Assembly: GCA_002395085.1 (NCBI GenBank)
Contig: DGVV01000168.1
Span: 60,840-124,839, forward strand
Direction of reading: 5' to 3'
From: Ruminococcus sp. UBA4275
Lineage (GTDB): Bacteria; Bacillota; Clostridia; Oscillospirales; Ruminococcaceae
DNA: 64,000 nt
Below, piece by piece: positions 61,926-64,000 of this stretch. A model generated the notes under the pieces. The model saw only the letters and a program-made list of their open reading frames with translations, had not been told where the DNA came from and did not search any database. The position numbers were made by a program, and so were the translations under genes. Position 1 is the stretch's first letter, and each line of letters opens with the position of its first letter.

Positions 61926-61929
61926 GCTT

Positions 61930-62277
61930 TCACAATATCATTGACCAATCGCTCTCACGGAAACCAACCAGCACCGCGTTTTCTGTCACAAGAATCGGAC
62001 GCTTGACCAGCATTCCGTCGCTCGCAAGCAGCTCAAGCTGCGCATCTTCAGACATTTCCGGCAGCTTTTTCGCAAGTTCCATAGCACGGTAAATCTGCCC
62101 GCTGGTATTGAAAAACCGGCGCAGCGGTAAACCGCTTTTCTGCTGCCAAATGCGCAGTTCATCAGCGCTGGGATTCTCGGATTTTATGTCGCGCAGCGTG
62201 TATGCAACGCCGTGGTCATCGAGCCATTTCTGCGCTTTCTTGCAGGTAGAACACTTCGGATAACAAACATACAGCAT
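61930..62277 (-). CDS. ArsC/Spx-family (YffB-like) thioredoxin-fold protein
   Basis: The start was moved to ATG 62277, which follows AAGGAGG. It starts MLYVCYPKCSTCKKAQKWLDDHGV and contains LVKRPIL. Confidence 0.85.
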   Translation of the reverse strand: MLYVCYPKCSTCKKAQKWLDDHGVAYTLRDIKSENPSADELRIWQQKSGLPLRRFFNTSGQIYRAMELAKKLPEMSEDAQLELLASDGMLVKRPILVTENAVLVGFRESDWSMIL

Positions 62278-62288
62278 AGAGAACCTCC

Positions 62289-62603
62289 TTAAATCAGCAA
62301 CGGTGTGACCAGCATAGTCGCATACGCTGCTGCGGATGCAGCCAAAGCAACCACGATCAGCGGGCAATTCCGATACGCCAGTACAATCGCAATGATTGTT
62401 CCGACAATCGCAGATGCAAGATCACCGGTTGCATAGAAAATCGACGGAATGGTCATCGCACTTAATACAGAATACGGAATGTAGTATAAAAAGCTCTGAA
62501 TGAACCTATTTTCTATTTTTTTCCGCACAAATACAAACGGAATCATCCGGATAAAATAAGTCGTCAGCGCCATGACCAGGATTGGAATAATCATTTTGCT
62601 CAA
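62289..62603 (-). CDS. azlD: Branched-chain amino-acid exporter small subunit AzlD
   Basis: 104-aa hydrophobic protein, translationally coupled to azlC. Confidence 0.8.
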   Translation of the reverse strand: MSKMIIPILVMALTTYFIRMIPFVFVRKKIENRFIQSFLYYIPYSVLSAMTIPSIFYATGDLASAIVGTIIAIVLAYRNCPLIVVALAASAAAYATMLVTPLLI

Positions 62604-63301
62604 GATTCTGCCTCCTTTTGCGTGTCAACCGGAAATACAACGGCACAGATTGCAGCCGCGGCAACTGCGGCAAGAATCATCGCAAATCCGCCGCTCATAG
62701 ACCGGAAACAGAATTTGATCAGGACAGAAATTGCAGCCGCAATGAGAACCGCCGCGAGAATTCCGCGTGATTTGCGTGCCGGCGGAAGAATAATTGCCAG
62801 AAACATTCCGTACAGCGCGATGCCAAGTGCATTCGTGATTTGTTGCGGCAAAAGTGTGCCGGCAGATGCCCCAAGCCATGTACCGGCTGTCCAGCCAAGT
62901 GCCGCAATGACCGTCAGACCGTACATATACGACGGCTTAAGCGGTTCTTTCTGAATGGATGAGACCGCAAAAATCTCGTCCGTTACACCATAAGATGCAA
63001 GCAGACGATGCGGCAGCGTAAAGGAGCGGTCAGCCTTTTGCGAGAGCGCAAGGCTCATCAGTGCATAGCGGATATTGATGATGAATTCCGCGAGAATCAG
63101 TTCCGGTAATGCAGCAGACACGCCGATTAGCTGAACGCCGGCAACCTGACCGGCAGAAGTCAGATTCGTGATGGACACCAATACAGCTTCCAGGACAGTC
63201 AGCCCGGACTGGATTGCGAGTATACCAAAACTGAACGAAACAGAAAGATAACCAAGTGCAATCGGGATGCCTTGCCGAATGCCTTTGCGAAACGGGTGCA
63301 T
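62600..63301 (-). CDS. azlC: AzlC-family branched-chain amino-acid permease subunit
   Basis: 233-aa polytopic protein with an AzlC-like N-terminus, GIRQGIPIALGYLSVSFSFG. Confidence 0.85.
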   Translation of the reverse strand: MHPFRKGIRQGIPIALGYLSVSFSFGILAIQSGLTVLEAVLVSITNLTSAGQVAGVQLIGVSAALPELILAEFIINIRYALMSLALSQKADRSFTLPHRLLASYGVTDEIFAVSSIQKEPLKPSYMYGLTVIAALGWTAGTWLGASAGTLLPQQITNALGIALYGMFLAIILPPARKSRGILAAVLIAAAISVLIKFCFRSMSGGFAMILAAVAAAAICAVVFPVDTQKEAES

Positions 63302-63333
63302 AATTTGCCTCCTGTAAATAATCAGTACGCTTT

Positions 63334-63362
63334 ATTATACCATTCTTCTGCGTTTTTGTCAA
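63334..63362 (-). promoter_or_regulatory. Consensus promoter of azlCD
   Basis: On the minus strand: TTGACA, 17 nt, TATAAT. Confidence 0.65.
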
Positions 63363-63570
63363 ATGAACATTGTAGTCAGACTGGAAAAGCGGCTGCAAAA
63401 TGGATACGAGGTTTTCTTCTTCTAATTGCGCCAAATTACGATTAGGTGCAATTGGAAGAGCAAAAAAGCAGATTACATTTTCTGAGTCTTACGTATAATC
63501 CTTTATCCCCCTGCGCATACTAAAATCAGGAATCAAGCGGTTCCAATATCAATACACGGAGGTAACTAAT

Positions 63571-63705
63571 ATGAACACGCAGAATGATCCGCTTTGGAAC
63601 AACGGACAGACCCCGACATCGAACAGCGGCGAACAGAAACAGACACCTGAAGACGAAGCCAAGAAGCAGAATGACAAGAGCGCCCGGAACAAGCGGAAAC
63701 ACTGA
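63571..63705 (+). CDS. Small hydrophilic basic protein (44 aa)
   Basis: Below the track cut-off. The sequence is MNTQNDPLWNNGQTPTSNSGEQKQTPEDEAKKQNDKSARNKRKH. A GGAGGT RBS lies 8 nt upstream and a strong terminator lies downstream. Confidence 0.45.
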   Translation: MNTQNDPLWNNGQTPTSNSGEQKQTPEDEAKKQNDKSARNKRKH

Positions 63706-63734
63706 GTGCTTTTCGTAATCTGCACCATAATCTG

Positions 63735-63774
63735 AAAAAGACTGCGTAGCCAATTGGGTACGCAGTCTTTTTTC
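63735..63774 (+). terminator. Rho-independent terminator
   Basis: GACTGCGTA..TACGCAGTC followed by TTTTTT. Confidence 0.75.
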
Positions 63775-63848
63775 GCGGACTCCCCTTCTGCCGGAACAGC
63801 AAAGAGGCAGATACCTCCTGCGAAGTATCTGCCCCCAGTTAAATCTGA

Positions 63849-64000
63849 TTAGCCAATCACACGGACGCGGATAACATCCTCCAGCTTACGGAGACCGTCA
63901 ATCACATCGTCAGCAATATCGCCGGTGACGTCGATCATGGTGTACGCATAATCCTTGCGGCTTGCGTTGACCATATTCTCGATGTTGCCGCCTGCATTTG
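63849..64000 (-). CDS. C-terminal ACT-domain fragment of a protein running off the window (possibly phosphoglycerate dehydrogenase-like)
   Basis: The minus-strand translation ends ...NAGGNIENMVNASRKDYAYTMIDVTGDIADDVIDGLRKLEDVIRVRVIG*, which is an ACT-like pattern. Confidence 0.55.
   Translation of the reverse strand, partial: NAGGNIENMVNASRKDYAYTMIDVTGDIADDVIDGLRKLEDVIRVRVIG

Overview
This 64-kb window comes from a moderately high-GC, Gram-positive (Clostridia-type) chromosome. Supporting signs are GGAGG ribosome-binding sites and genes for a Spo0A C-terminal-domain protein, a SpoVB/MurJ-like flippase, Ddh and HU. The centre (7830-45407, about 37.6 kb) is an apparently complete temperate siphovirus-type prophage with HK97-type head genes and an HNH plus P27-type small terminase packaging module. 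It is integrated into the 3' end of the tmRNA gene ssrA and is bounded by an exact 25-nt direct repeat. Prophage gene order: integrase, membrane-anchored ORF, CI/LexA-like repressor, divergent switch region, Cro-like gene, early genes. Next comes a recombination/replication module (SMC-like ATPase, Sak4-like ATPase, DUF669-like, DEAH helicase, primase-helicase) followed by an iteron/AT-rich origin. Then come RusA, a swarm of small zinc-ribbon ORFs that includes a minimal Mrr-type nuclease, and a sigma-like late regulator. The late region holds HNH, TerS, TerL, portal, ClpP-type protease, capsid, connectors, tail tube, chaperone with a -1 frameshift, tape measure, Dit, a beta-helix-like ORF, Tal, receptor-binding protein, holin and a CHAP endolysin. 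The left host flank carries a sugar ABC transporter (ATPase and binding protein), AraC-type and GntR/PBP-type regulators, a Cache-GGDEF protein, a cytidine-deaminase-fold protein and a stand-alone Spo0A-C protein. The right host flank carries ssrA, an LD-carboxypeptidase, smpB, a radical SAM enzyme, malic enzyme, a SUFU-like protein, a DUF218 protein, a hydrolase, ddh, HU, a PBP2-type transpeptidase, an amidase, an OmpR/histidine-kinase pair, a flippase, an ArsC-family protein and azlCD. The best candidate for an undescribed system is a three-gene operon on the opposite strand to the rest of the prophage (43741-45057). It sits between the endolysin and attR, is driven by a near-consensus promoter carrying palindromic operators, and its last gene ends in a ribbon-helix-helix module. 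I could assign no known function to its proteins. All calls come from reading the sequence and the supplied ORF translations. No database search was run, and family names are from memory of motif patterns.
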